Shown: positions 7,580 to 15,860, counted from the stretch's first letter. The stretch is 21,308 nt of DNA from a virus (IMGVR_UViG_3300007747_000074:1-21308); one strand, 5' to 3'. Numbers and translations are program-made. The notes: generated by a model from the sequence alone, not told the origin.

Positions 7580-8026
7580 CGTTAAACGTCTTGCAGGACG
7601 CGTAATGTTAACTGGGGCTTTTCTCTATCTACCTTTGGTGTTCATGCCCGAGGCAGATAGCCTCAAGCACCCACAGCAATTCTAACTATCCAATACATCA
7701 CTGCCAACACTTTAAACTCTTACCCTTTAAAACAAGAACAAAATTCAACCAATCAGCATTGGGCGTATACTCATATCCTAGAGAAAACAACTCTTTCTGT
7801 ACTATTTATATCCATATGATTTATAAGCATTTGCCACTTGCCATAGCCGCACAATGACAGTTTGCCATTTGATGTCAATAGATAAAAATGATCGTTTTCA
7901 ATGAGTTACATACTTGCAAGGCGTTGCACATCAGGCCCGATTACGTCAGTATCAAAAGATTACAGATGGTGCATTACTGCCACCTCGCCTTAATGTTCCA
8001 GAACTCTCCAACTTGAGGAATTTTCA

Positions 8027-8800
8027 ATGACATCCTTTCAATTATCTTTGATTTCTCGTGAAATTGACGGCGAAATAATACATTTACGTGCCAAAGATGG
8101 TTACATAAACGCCACATCAATGTGTAGAACTGCGGGCAAACTGCTCTCTGATTACACTAGACTCAAAACTACTCAAGAGTTTTTTGACGAATTATCACGC
8201 GATATGGGAATTCCCATATCGGAGTTAATTCAATCATTTAAAGGTGGAAGACCTGAAAACCAAGGGACATGGGTGCATCCTGACATCGCTATTAATCTAG
8301 CGCAGTGGCTATCGCCCAAATTTGCAGTCCAGGTTTCAAGATGGGTTCGTGAATGGATGTCAGGGGAAAGAACTACAGCAGAAATGCCTGTACATTTAAA
8401 ACGGTACATGGTTAATCGTAGTAGAATTCCTCACACGCACTTTTCTATTCTTAATGAACTGACATTCAACTTGGTTGCACCTCTTGAACAAGCAGGGTAC
8501 ACACTCCCAGAAAAAATGGTTCCTGACATTTCACAAGGAAGAGTATTTTCACAATGGTTAAGAGATAATAGAAACGTAGAACCCAAAACATTCCCTACCT
8601 ATGACCATGAATATCCCGATGGTCGCGTATACCCTGCAAGGCTGTACCCAAATGAATATTTAGCAGATTTCAAAGAACATTTTAACAATATTTGGTTGCC
8701 GCAATATGCCCCGAAATACTTCGCTGACCGGGACAAAAAGGCTCTCGCCTTGATTGAAAAAATTATGCTACCTAACCTCGATGGCAATGAACAGTTCTAA
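8027..8800 (+). CDS. KilA-N domain protein (antirepressor/Roi-like)
   Basis: 257-aa ORF, SD gagg about 9 nt upstream; N-terminal region (..INATSMCRTAGKLLSDYTRLKTTQEFFDEL..TWVHPDIAINLAQWLSPKFAVQVSRWV..) has the KilA-N/APSES-type signature; opposite strand to surrounding phage genes. Confidence 0.7.
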   Translation: MTSFQLSLISREIDGEIIHLRAKDGYINATSMCRTAGKLLSDYTRLKTTQEFFDELSRDMGIPISELIQSFKGGRPENQGTWVHPDIAINLAQWLSPKFAVQVSRWVREWMSGERTTAEMPVHLKRYMVNRSRIPHTHFSILNELTFNLVAPLEQAGYTLPEKMVPDISQGRVFSQWLRDNRNVEPKTFPTYDHEYPDGRVYPARLYPNEYLADFKEHFNNIWLPQYAPKYFADRDKKALALIEKIMLPNLDGNEQF

Positions 8801-8806
8801 ATGATT

Positions 8807-8832
8807 AGCCAGCCCCATAAGGGCTGGTTATT
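8807..8832 (+). terminator. Intrinsic terminator downstream of the KilA-N gene
   Basis: Stem ccagcc (8809-8814) / ggctgg (8821-8826), loop ccataa, followed by TTATTT (8827-8832). Confidence 0.4.
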
Positions 8833-8920
8833 TAGTATTATCAACCCCAGCGGCAAATCGAATACACCACCAGCGCCACCGCCATCGCAATTCCTACCGT
8901 TGTGAATGCTTCAGGCCAGG

Positions 8921-9424
8921 TCATCGTAAAACATCCTCCACGCTTATAAGTCCGCTTCGCTCCAGGTAGTCCATCACTTTATCCGGCAATTTGCAGCCCG
9001 GTTTCGGTTTCTTCAGTTGACTAACCAATTGTTTAACCAGCATTGTCAATTCGCGAACTTGTTTCCCGGGCTCCCCTTTGCCCTGAAGCAGGGCAGCGCG
9101 GCAAGCGTTCCATCCCTCAGCATATGTTTCAGTTACACCATCGAGATGGCATGTAAGCAAATCCATTTCTTCCGGCACTACGGGCGCTGGAAAAACGGCA
9201 TAGGGTGGCGTCCATTTTGGCGCTTTATCTCCAGCCGAACGCTGATACCAGTCATCCGGTTTGTATTCATAAAAATCACCAACTGGCTCTGCTTCCAGCG
9301 ATGCCAGAGCAATTTTGAATAATTCGCCCTCTACCCGTGCCATCCCTGAATTGGGGTGGCATTTCTCAATCGCTATTTTTAATTTAGCTTCTTCGATTAA
9401 TTGCTTTTTGGTTAATTCAGTCAT
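8921..9424 (-). CDS. Hypothetical phage protein (167 aa)
   Basis: Intact ORF on the same strand as the replication genes; no family recognised. Confidence 0.5.
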   Translation of the reverse strand: MTELTKKQLIEEAKLKIAIEKCHPNSGMARVEGELFKIALASLEAEPVGDFYEYKPDDWYQRSAGDKAPKWTPPYAVFPAPVVPEEMDLLTCHLDGVTETYAEGWNACRAALLQGKGEPGKQVRELTMLVKQLVSQLKKPKPGCKLPDKVMDYLERSGLISVEDVLR

Positions 9425-9585
9425 TTTTCATTACCGCCCTTTCGGGCCGCCTCCTAATATTTTGAGGGTGCAGCCCCCCCCTCCGGTTAAGGATTAAATT
9501 TTATTTACAGTGCTAAATTTAATTATTCAGATTTGGATTATGATTTCTCTTTCAGTTCACGCAGTTCCCTGATTGTTAATTTGGC

Positions 9586-10023
9586 TCACAACAGCACATC
9601 CTGAAAATTACCCTGATAGAACGCCAGTACACGCTGCATGACTTCGCTCTTCCGGCACTCGCGACAGATTATATTCAGACGCCTGTCATAGCGGCGTATT
9701 TCTCCGTCTGGTAATGACCAGATAAGGTCCGGATCAACTACAGCAGGTTTCTTCACCTTTGCCCTCGATAGTTTTTTGCGGGCGTTTTGCCAGTCTTTAC
9801 GCGCCTGCTCAGACGGGAATAATCCGTAGCCTGAATTGTAAACATCACCACTGGCGACCAGTTCTCTGGCGAGAGTGCTTATGTAATACCTTGATGCACC
9901 GGTTTTAGCCTCCAGAGCCCGTAACGTCTCGCGACCGCTCAGACGTACAAGTTCAACAACCTGCCCTTTAATTTTTTCCCGCTCTTCTGGTGTAAATACT
10001 TTTGCCATAGGTGCCTCCGGCAA
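9586..10023 (-). CDS. Hypothetical phage protein (145 aa)
   Basis: ORF abutting the upstream 224-aa gene (stop 10024-10026, start at 10023); possible HTH-like segment (GRETLRALEAKTGASRYYISTLAREL); no family recognised. Confidence 0.5.
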   Translation of the reverse strand: MPEAPMAKVFTPEEREKIKGQVVELVRLSGRETLRALEAKTGASRYYISTLARELVASGDVYNSGYGLFPSEQARKDWQNARKKLSRAKVKKPAVVDPDLIWSLPDGEIRRYDRRLNIICRECRKSEVMQRVLAFYQGNFQDVLL

Positions 10024-10698
10024 TCACTTTTCCGATGCAACATGGCGGGAAGAATCAGTAATCTGTCGTACAATATCCCTGTGCTTGTTCAGCTCCCGCA
10101 GCGCGGCGCAGACACGCTCCCACTTCTGGACATGATTTTTCGCCCGACGCAGTTCGCGGTTTGCCATATGCAGTGATGGTAAAACCAGGTCATCCGCTCG
10201 CGTTTCAGTAAACGATGGCAGCGACTGCACAATGTCCGCCACAGTTTCTGTTTTAATATCTTCCTGTGTTGCAGCCTCCTGTACTGGTAACGCAACACCT
10301 GCGGGCTGAGGAAAGGCCTTACCAGCAGTTTCCGCTACCGATGCTGCTTTCGGCTCTGCTGGTAAATTATCGCCCGGTATGCAGTAACGAAATTTACCGC
10401 CCTGATTTACGCGAAGCAGACGACCTTTGCTGATTGCCATTGCCAGCGTTGAAGCCACTTTGCGTGATGTGGTACCAAACAATGTAGCCAGCTCATCCGC
10501 CGTTTGTGGTCCACGTTGTTCAATCGTCGCAGTTAAATCGCTCTCTGAAATTTTCGCGACTGTTGCCGTGGTAGTTTCTTCCGGCAGTTCTGCCGGCGCT
10601 GGCTGTTCCTGCTGAACGTTGTTATCAGCCACACGCCAGGTGTACGCGCTTTTATCAACGAAACCAGCCTTTTTCAGTTCCCATAGTTCGTTCAGCAC
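10024..10698 (-). CDS. Hypothetical phage protein (224 aa) with possible winged-helix segment
   Basis: ORF downstream of the DnaC-like gene; segment [32 protein letters not shown] resembles a wHTH; acidic/Ala-Pro-rich low-complexity middle. Confidence 0.5.
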   Translation of the reverse strand: MLNELWELKKAGFVDKSAYTWRVADNNVQQEQPAPAELPEETTTATVAKISESDLTATIEQRGPQTADELATLFGTTSRKVASTLAMAISKGRLLRVNQGGKFRYCIPGDNLPAEPKAASVAETAGKAFPQPAGVALPVQEAATQEDIKTETVADIVQSLPSFTETRADDLVLPSLHMANRELRRAKNHVQKWERVCAALRELNKHRDIVRQITDSSRHVASEK

Positions 10699-10784
10699 TT
10701 CTTCACGACTGATATCATGTGGCTTTTCCCATTGCTTTCAGTACGTCAAAAACAGTCTCCATTAAATTTTTCTCCCGGTAAAAA

Positions 10785-11531
10785 TTACTTCGCAATTCCT
10801 GGCTGGACGACATTCGGACGCCAGCTCTCCCAGTTGAAATTCACCCATCGCCCGCCGTTCATGGTCATGCGATCCATAATCCGCTCGCCAAGCAATGTTT
10901 TCATGGCCTCATAGTTCAGGTTTGTCAGCATCCCCACGCTGCGCATCGACGCTGTCCGGCGATCAACAATCTGGTGCAGTACCACCTGCTCGTTTTTCGT
11001 CTCGCGCTGAATGCCAATTTCATCAAGAACCAGCAGATCCACTTCGCACAGTTCCCGCAAAAATTTTTCGCCTGACTGCCCGTCGTCATAGCTGGCGTGC
11101 AGGGCACTCATAACATCAGCCACGGTAACCACAATCACTGTCTGACCGTCTTTCAGCAGGCGATTCCCGATAGCTGCCGCTAAGTGGTTCTTCCCGGTAC
11201 CAGGTTTTCCGCTGAACGCAAAATTTGTACACCCGGTCATCAGTTCATCAGCGATGGATTTCGCCTGACTCAACGCGTATCGCTGCCCTTCGTTCTGCAC
11301 CTGGTAATTCGAAAACGAGCATTTGCGGTGCAATGGCTGGATGCCAGAGTGATTCAGAATTTTTTCCACCCGCAACTGACGATTCTGACGGTTGATCTCC
11401 TCACAACGTTTCTGGCCTTCGGAAAGTTGCCACTCGCGCCACTCCGCTACCGTCTTGAATGGCGCGGTTACATGTGACGGGGCCAGTCTGCGGATACGTT
11501 CAAGAACGTCGCCTGTCGCAATATTTTTCAT
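10785..11531 (-). CDS. DnaC-like replicative helicase loader (YdaV-like AAA+ ATPase)
   Basis: 248 aa; Walker A FSGKPGTGKNHLA and Walker B-like LLVLDEIG; immediately downstream of the O-like initiator gene. Confidence 0.8.
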   Translation of the reverse strand: MKNIATGDVLERIRRLAPSHVTAPFKTVAEWREWQLSEGQKRCEEINRQNRQLRVEKILNHSGIQPLHRKCSFSNYQVQNEGQRYALSQAKSIADELMTGCTNFAFSGKPGTGKNHLAAAIGNRLLKDGQTVIVVTVADVMSALHASYDDGQSGEKFLRELCEVDLLVLDEIGIQRETKNEQVVLHQIVDRRTASMRSVGMLTNLNYEAMKTLLGERIMDRMTMNGGRWVNFNWESWRPNVVQPGIAK

Positions 11532-11537
11532 GGTCAG

Positions 11538-12326
11538 TTACCCCCTGAAGCCTGGCGGGATCGCACTATCCGGTAACGAGACGGTGTTAACCTGTCGGAG
11601 TAACGTCTCAGGTCGAACACCTTTCGGCGCGAACAAGCCCTGGTATTCGTTGGCGATGCTGTGTCGAATCACCTGCTCAGGTGAAAAACCCTGCTGGCGG
11701 AATTTTTCCAGCTCCCGTATCGCCCCGTTAGCGCCCTGCTCCGTTCGAATCGGTTTTCGCAATGCCTGCCTGAACTGAACCCACTCATGCCAGAGTGTTT
11801 CCGGCAACCAGTCAGGCAGCTCGATAGCCTCCGGTTCGAATTTTTTAGACGCTCGTTTTTGGCGAGGGGGATTTAGGGGGAGATAAGTATTTATATCTTC
11901 CTCTTTCTCTTCCTCTGGTAACGCTTTTTGATCCGTTTTTGTAACGCTGGCAGCGTTACCTTTTCGTTTCAGTTCTCGTATTTTTGTTACTCTCTCGTTT
12001 GTAACCGCCCGTTTTTTAGAGCTTTTCCCGTTATGGCGCTCAAAGTTAGGAAGCGACAACACACCATTAGTTTCGACCAGCCATCCAACCTGAATTAACG
12101 CATCAGCAAAACCAGCCATAAAAGTGATGCGATCTATTGCACTTTTTGTAACGCCGCGAGCGTTACACTCTGCGTTACCGTCTATCATTTGTTGATCCGC
12201 CCATGCCCAGAAGCGAATGACTTTCCCTAATGCGGCATCTGGATCAATATTCAGAATCTCAGCAAGCCTGAATATTTCCGGCTTATCCGGCGTAATAACT
12301 TCGAGCTTTATCCAGTTTGAAGCCAT
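11538..12326 (-). CDS. Replication initiator, O-like (YdaU/DUF1376-like)
   Basis: 262-aa ORF upstream of the DnaC-like gene; N-terminal coding region carries palindromes GTAACGC-N5-GCGTTAC, as expected for an origin embedded in an initiator gene. Confidence 0.6.
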   Translation of the reverse strand: MASNWIKLEVITPDKPEIFRLAEILNIDPDAALGKVIRFWAWADQQMIDGNAECNARGVTKSAIDRITFMAGFADALIQVGWLVETNGVLSLPNFERHNGKSSKKRAVTNERVTKIRELKRKGNAASVTKTDQKALPEEEKEEDINTYLPLNPPRQKRASKKFEPEAIELPDWLPETLWHEWVQFRQALRKPIRTEQGANGAIRELEKFRQQGFSPEQVIRHSIANEYQGLFAPKGVRPETLLRQVNTVSLPDSAIPPGFRG

Positions 12327-12358
12327 TTGTTTTCACCTTGTAACGCTCGCAGCGTTAC
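11918..12358. repeat. Three 19-bp palindromes GTAACGC-N5-GCGTTAC plus half-sites (candidate ori or operator sites)
   Basis: Palindromes at 11941-11959 (gtaacgctggcagcgttac), 12148-12166 (gtaacgccgcgagcgttac), 12340-12358 (gtaacgctcgcagcgttac); half-sites gtaacgc at 11918-11924 and gcgttac at 12172-12178; two are preceded by a T-run. Confidence 0.6.
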
Positions 12359-12403
12359 ATTTAACTGATACCGAACAAAACAGTTCGGTACGATTAATTT
12401 CAA

Positions 12404-12826
12404 TCAATGCACTACGACAGAATCGCTAGGAGAACCGCCGCCGCTGAAATGTGCTTTACGGTAAACGGCCTGGACTGCATCATCATGCGCATCAATTGCC
12501 GTACTCAGTGCATCCTGTGCCGCCAGTAATGCACGGCGTTCCAGGGTATCGAAGATGCAGAGTCGGTGACGCAGCTCGCGAGGAAGAATTGCCAGAACCG
12601 CAGGGATCAGTTTCTGAATTTTTTCCCTTTGCGCATTCGTTTCACCTTTCAACCAACGATGATAGATATTCTGCTGATTGTTCCAGTCCTTGCCTGGTAC
12701 CAGGGGCAATTCGCCGCCCCCCTGGCGCAGATATTCTTCAGTAATTGCGTTAGCGACCCACGCCTGCCCTTTTTCGGCTGCCAGGGCTAACAACACTGAT
12801 TCGATGTGCTCATGCTTGATTTTCAT
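12404..12826 (-). CDS. YdaT-like protein (140 aa)
   Basis: ORF overlapping the upstream Cro-like gene stop by 4 nt (ATGA); same size and position as Rac YdaT; function not evident from sequence. Confidence 0.55.
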   Translation of the reverse strand: MKIKHEHIESVLLALAAEKGQAWVANAITEEYLRQGGGELPLVPGKDWNNQQNIYHRWLKGETNAQREKIQKLIPAVLAILPRELRHRLCIFDTLERRALLAAQDALSTAIDAHDDAVQAVYRKAHFSGGGSPSDSVVVH

Positions 12827-13077
12827 GAATCAACTCCCATCAGCTTTTTCGTAGTAGTTTTATTTCTGCCAATAGTTAAAATTGCATCGGCAGAAAATAA
12901 TCCGTTTGATGCATGAGCGATTTTTTCAGCGTAATTTGTTTCGCCGGTATATTCTGTGCGAGGCAATTTTCCGTTATCCATCCATTTGTAGATTGCTCTT
13001 TGGCTGACACCACAAACGTCGGCCACAACAGAAACGCGAACAGTTTTGATTACATCTTCAAGTGTTTTCTGGTTCAT
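12823..13077 (-). CDS. Cro-like HTH regulator (YdaS/DicC position)
   Basis: Start taken at internal Met (MNQKTLEDVIK...) with SD gaggg 5 nt upstream; HTH-like VADVCGVSQRAIYKWM; divergent from the repressor gene; ORF first ATG is at 13149. Confidence 0.55.
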   Translation of the reverse strand: MNQKTLEDVIKTVRVSVVADVCGVSQRAIYKWMDNGKLPRTEYTGETNYAEKIAHASNGLFSADAILTIGRNKTTTKKLMGVDS

Positions 13078-13085
13078 ATCACCCT

Positions 13086-13156
13086 CACAATGTGAACTTT
13101 GAGTACATGCTATAACAGAACTGACAGTACATTCAAGAGCGAATATCATTGAACTT
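13086..13156. promoter_or_regulatory. Divergent immunity-region operator/promoter (OR-like)
   Basis: Near-palindrome cacaatgtg (13086-13094); direct repeats gaactttgagtacat (13094-13108) and gaactgacagtacat (13118-13132); third gaactt at 13151-13156 abutting the repressor ATG. Confidence 0.45.
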
Positions 13157-13576
13157 ATGGTTCATGAAGATAAAGCGCGTAAAGAGTTCGCCAGTAGGCT
13201 TGCGCTAGCCTGTGAAAACGCTGGTTATGAACAACATGGAAGGCAGGCAGAAATTGCCCGTCGAATGAAATTAACACCAAAAGCGGTTAGCAAATGGTTT
13301 AATGGTGAAACAATTCCTCGCCGAGAGAAATTAAGGGAATTAGCAACACTCATTGGAACAACACCAACCTATCTTTTGGGAGAGGATACAGAAGAAAGTG
13401 GACAGATACGTTTCTATCAGGAGTTAAATCCAAGACAAAAAATCATCATTGACCTTCTGGACGAGCTCCCTGACAGTGAGACAGATGAACTTTTAAAAAC
13501 TCTTGAGGAGAAAAAACAGAAGTACAATGCAATTTACGAAGAGTTAGCACGAAAGAAAAAACAAAAAGCCTCTTAA
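13157..13576 (+). CDS. XRE-family HTH repressor, DicA/RacR-like (prophage immunity repressor)
   Basis: 139 aa; N-terminal HTH (RLALACENAGYEQHGRQAEIARRMKLTPKAVSKWFNGETIP) and C-terminal helical region (IIIDLLDELPDSETDELLKTLEEKK...) parallel DicA architecture as I recall it; in-frame stop 57 nt upstream rules out a longer N-terminus. Confidence 0.7.
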   Translation: MVHEDKARKEFASRLALACENAGYEQHGRQAEIARRMKLTPKAVSKWFNGETIPRREKLRELATLIGTTPTYLLGEDTEESGQIRFYQELNPRQKIIIDLLDELPDSETDELLKTLEEKKQKYNAIYEELARKKKQKAS

Positions 13577-13651
13577 ACCAGCATAAATCCGGTAGCGTCC
13601 CCCTCCGGGTTTGTGCTTCACTTTATCCCGTCTCATTTTTTTATACATAAA

Positions 13652-13695
13652 ATGTACTTAAAGTACTTTACAATGATGAACACAAAGTACATTAT
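13652..13695. promoter_or_regulatory. OL-like operator/promoter for the + strand early-left operon
   Basis: 13-bp palindrome gtacttaaagtac (13654-13666); repeat gaacacaaagtacat (13678-13692) matches the OR repeats 12/15; -35-like TTTACA (13667-13672) and -10-like CATTAT (13690-13695) with 17-bp spacer. Confidence 0.4.
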
Positions 13696-13863
13696 ATACC
13701 TACCAACCCACCCCGCCCCACAGAACGCCGGGCAATACTTCGAGTTACCAGGCAGTGGTCAGGGGTTAAGTAGCCAGCCCGAGGCGTATGAACATGACGG
13801 CGGGATTCAAATTTTGCAGTGCAGCAGTTAGTTCCGCCACCCGGCGTTAAGGGGATAGATAAG

Positions 13864-13998
13864 ATGGTGCATTACGAAGTAGTTCAGTATTTGATGGATT
13901 GTTGCGGTATCACTTACAACCAGGCTGTGCAGGCTTTACGCAGCAACGACTGGGATCTCTGGCAGGCAGAAGTCGCTATACGTAGCAACAAGATGTGA
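13864..13998 (+). CDS. ydaG: Small protein, YdaG-like (44 aa)
   Basis: Hand translation MVHYEVVQYLMDCCGITYNQAVQALRSNDWDLWQAEVAIRSNKM; size and position (between repressor and sieB) match Rac ydaG; below the ORF-track length cutoff. Confidence 0.45.
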   Translation: MVHYEVVQYLMDCCGITYNQAVQALRSNDWDLWQAEVAIRSNKM

Positions 13999-14008
13999 GA
14001 TTCGCAAA

Positions 14009-14164
14009 ATGCAAAAAATCGACCTCGGCAACAACGAATCCCTGGTGTGCGGCGTGTTCCCCAACCAGGATGGAACGTTCACTGCCATGACGTATACCAA
14101 AAGCAAAACATTTAAAACCGAAACTGGTGCGCGCCGATGGTTGGAGAAGCACACAGTAAGCTAA
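14009..14164 (+). CDS. ydaF: Small protein, YdaF-like (51 aa)
   Basis: Hand translation MQKIDLGNNESLVCGVFPNQDGTFTAMTYTKSKTFKTETGARRWLEKHTVS; 3' end overlaps the convergent sieB stop by 4 nt; size and position match Rac ydaF. Confidence 0.45.
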   Translation: MQKIDLGNNESLVCGVFPNQDGTFTAMTYTKSKTFKTETGARRWLEKHTVS

Positions 14165-14649
14165 CGATTAAAACGTCTACTCCTGCTGTTCCAGAATAAC
14201 TTCATAAAATGGGAGTATTTTTCGGTGACGAGATAATAAGAACAGTTTGCGCTATCACTCTGATGTTGAATGATGCCCTTCCGTTCTAATTTTTTCATAA
14301 CCGGGTTACGGCAAGGAGAAGTGATAATAAGATTTCCTGTTTTAAGGAAATCTTTAAATACAGCGATTTCTTTCTCAGATAAACGAAGCAATACTCGTTG
14401 CTCTGGTAGTAATGAATAATGCTTTTGAATATGTGCTCGCAATCTTGAGAAGGAAATGGCGACCACGAAAGAAAAGGCAAAAACGATAATCTGAAAGAGC
14501 CAAGGTATTTCAGTATAAGCATTGAATGCGACAGTAAACTCTTTCGGTATCAGCCAGAGAGTGAGACCAAAAATGATAATCGTATACATAAGTCTTTCGA
14601 GTGGCTCGTTAGCAAAAAGTTTCAACAATGGAGTAAATACATCCAACAT
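14161..14649 (-). CDS. sieB: Superinfection exclusion protein B
   Basis: Start taken at internal Met (MLDVFTPLLKLFANEPLE...), giving 162 aa; membrane segments and C-terminus as I recall Rac/lambda SieB; AT-rich; ORF first ATG is at 14772. Confidence 0.8.
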   Translation of the reverse strand: MLDVFTPLLKLFANEPLERLMYTIIIFGLTLWLIPKEFTVAFNAYTEIPWLFQIIVFAFSFVVAISFSRLRAHIQKHYSLLPEQRVLLRLSEKEIAVFKDFLKTGNLIITSPCRNPVMKKLERKGIIQHQSDSANCSYYLVTEKYSHFMKLFWNSRSRRFNR

Positions 14650-15090
14650 ATCAATAACTCTCAACTGTAAGGGTATTGAAATGTTAACACAAGCTCTCGC
14701 TGTAGGGGTATAGCCGAGACCACCGAAGCCCGGAGGTGGTGAAATAAAACCGGGCACAACACGAAGGCGCATTTCCGATATCCATAAAGAGTCGGTCTTG
14801 TCTGTTAAATTTAAATGGTGGGAGTGCGCCTCCGGTTGTAAATAACGACATTGCTGTGTGTAGTCCTGGCGGCATCATTTTTTTTCTTGAAGTTCGGCTG
14901 ATGTCCGCCCTTTTTAAAGTGAATTTTGTGATGCGGTGAATGCGGCTAAGCGCACGTGGCACAGTTAAAAGTCATGTTAGTCCTTATTGGTTTGGGTGGG
15001 AAAGCCGACTGTAATTGTTAACTGGTTGCAGTCACCTGGAGGCACCAGGCACCGCATCAACAAAGTTCATTTGTAAAAATGGAGATAATT

Positions 15091-15312
15091 ATGATTGCAC
15101 ATCACTTCGGAACTGATGAAATACCACGTCAGTGTGTGACTCCTGGCGATTATGTTCTTCATGAAGGCCGGACATATATTGCCTCGGCAAACAATATTAA
15201 AAAGCGAAAACTATATATTCGTAACCTGACCACAAAAACATGCATTACTGACCGCATGATTAAAGTCTTCCTCGGTCGTGATGGTTTACCTGTAAAGGCG
15301 GAGTCATGGTGA
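15091..15312 (+). CDS. kilR: Cell-division (FtsZ) inhibitor KilR
   Basis: 73 aa from [72 protein letters not shown], matching Rac KilR as I recall it; ORF begins 4 codons earlier at 15079. Confidence 0.85.
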   Translation: MIAHHFGTDEIPRQCVTPGDYVLHEGRTYIASANNIKKRKLYIRNLTTKTCITDRMIKVFLGRDGLPVKAESW

Positions 15313-15482
15313 TGACTAAGAAAATAAAATGTGCTTACCACCTTTGCAAAAAAGACGTTGAAGAAAGCAAAGCTATTGAAAGAATGCTTCACTTCATGCA
15401 CGGGATTTTATCAAAAGACGAACCGAGAAAATATTGCAGTGAAGCTTGTGCCGAAAAAGACCAGATGGCACATGAACTTTAA
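15312..15482 (+). CDS. ydaE: Small Cys-rich protein YdaE-like (56 aa)
   Basis: ATG overlaps the kilR stop (ATGA at 15310-15314); translation [56 protein letters not shown]. Confidence 0.6.
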   Translation: MTKKIKCAYHLCKKDVEESKAIERMLHFMHGILSKDEPRKYCSEACAEKDQMAHEL

Positions 15483-15556
15483 TTAATTGACTATTCGAAA
15501 CTGAATTTATGCCAGAAATGGCAGGTATTCGCTCAACCTTAATTAAGGAGAAAAAC

Positions 15557-15832
15557 ATGATTACCAATTATGAAGCCACTGTTGTAACTACCGATGACAT
15601 TGTTCACGAGGTGAATCTGGAAGGAAAGCGCATTGGCTACGTAATTAAAACAGAAAATAAAGAAACCCCATTCACTGTGGTTGATATCGATGGTCCATCA
15701 GGCAACGTAAAAACACTTGATGAAGGTGTCAAAAAAATGTGCCTGGTGCATATCGGAAAGAATCTGCCCACAGAAAAAAAAGCCGAATTTCTGGCAACTC
15801 TAATTGCAATGAAATTAAAAGGTGAAATCTGA
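15557..15832 (+). CDS. racC: RacC protein
   Basis: 91 aa from internal Met (MITNYEATVVTTDDIVHEVNLEGKRIGYVIKTENKETPFTVVDIDGPSGNVKTLDEG...); matches Rac RacC as I recall it; ORF first ATG is at 15509. Confidence 0.75.
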   Translation: MITNYEATVVTTDDIVHEVNLEGKRIGYVIKTENKETPFTVVDIDGPSGNVKTLDEGVKKMCLVHIGKNLPTEKKAEFLATLIAMKLKGEI

Positions 15833-15839
15833 AAGAAAT

Positions 15840-15860
15840 AGCCTGCGTATGACGCAGGCT
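15840..15860 (+). other. Perfect hairpin between racC and recE
   Basis: agcctgcg (15840-15847) / cgcaggct (15853-15860) with 5-nt loop; no T-run after it, so not a canonical intrinsic terminator. Confidence 0.3.

Noticed and set aside
8805-8924. 40-aa ORF on the - strand whose ATG overlaps the stop of the 167-aa gene (ATGA)
   Set aside because: It would read through the stem of the predicted KilA-N terminator, and its Gly/Ala-rich translation looks non-protein-like; kept only as a remote possibility.
13613-13831. 72-aa ORF on the + strand downstream of the repressor gene
   Set aside because: Coincides with the operator/promoter-like repeat region; no RBS; more likely regulatory DNA.
14684-14962. 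92-aa ORF on the - strand upstream of sieB
   Set aside because: Overlaps the sieB N-terminal extension in another frame, with a GC-rich low-complexity translation and no RBS; the longer sieB ORF start (14772) was likewise not used because the expected SieB N-terminus begins at the internal Met.
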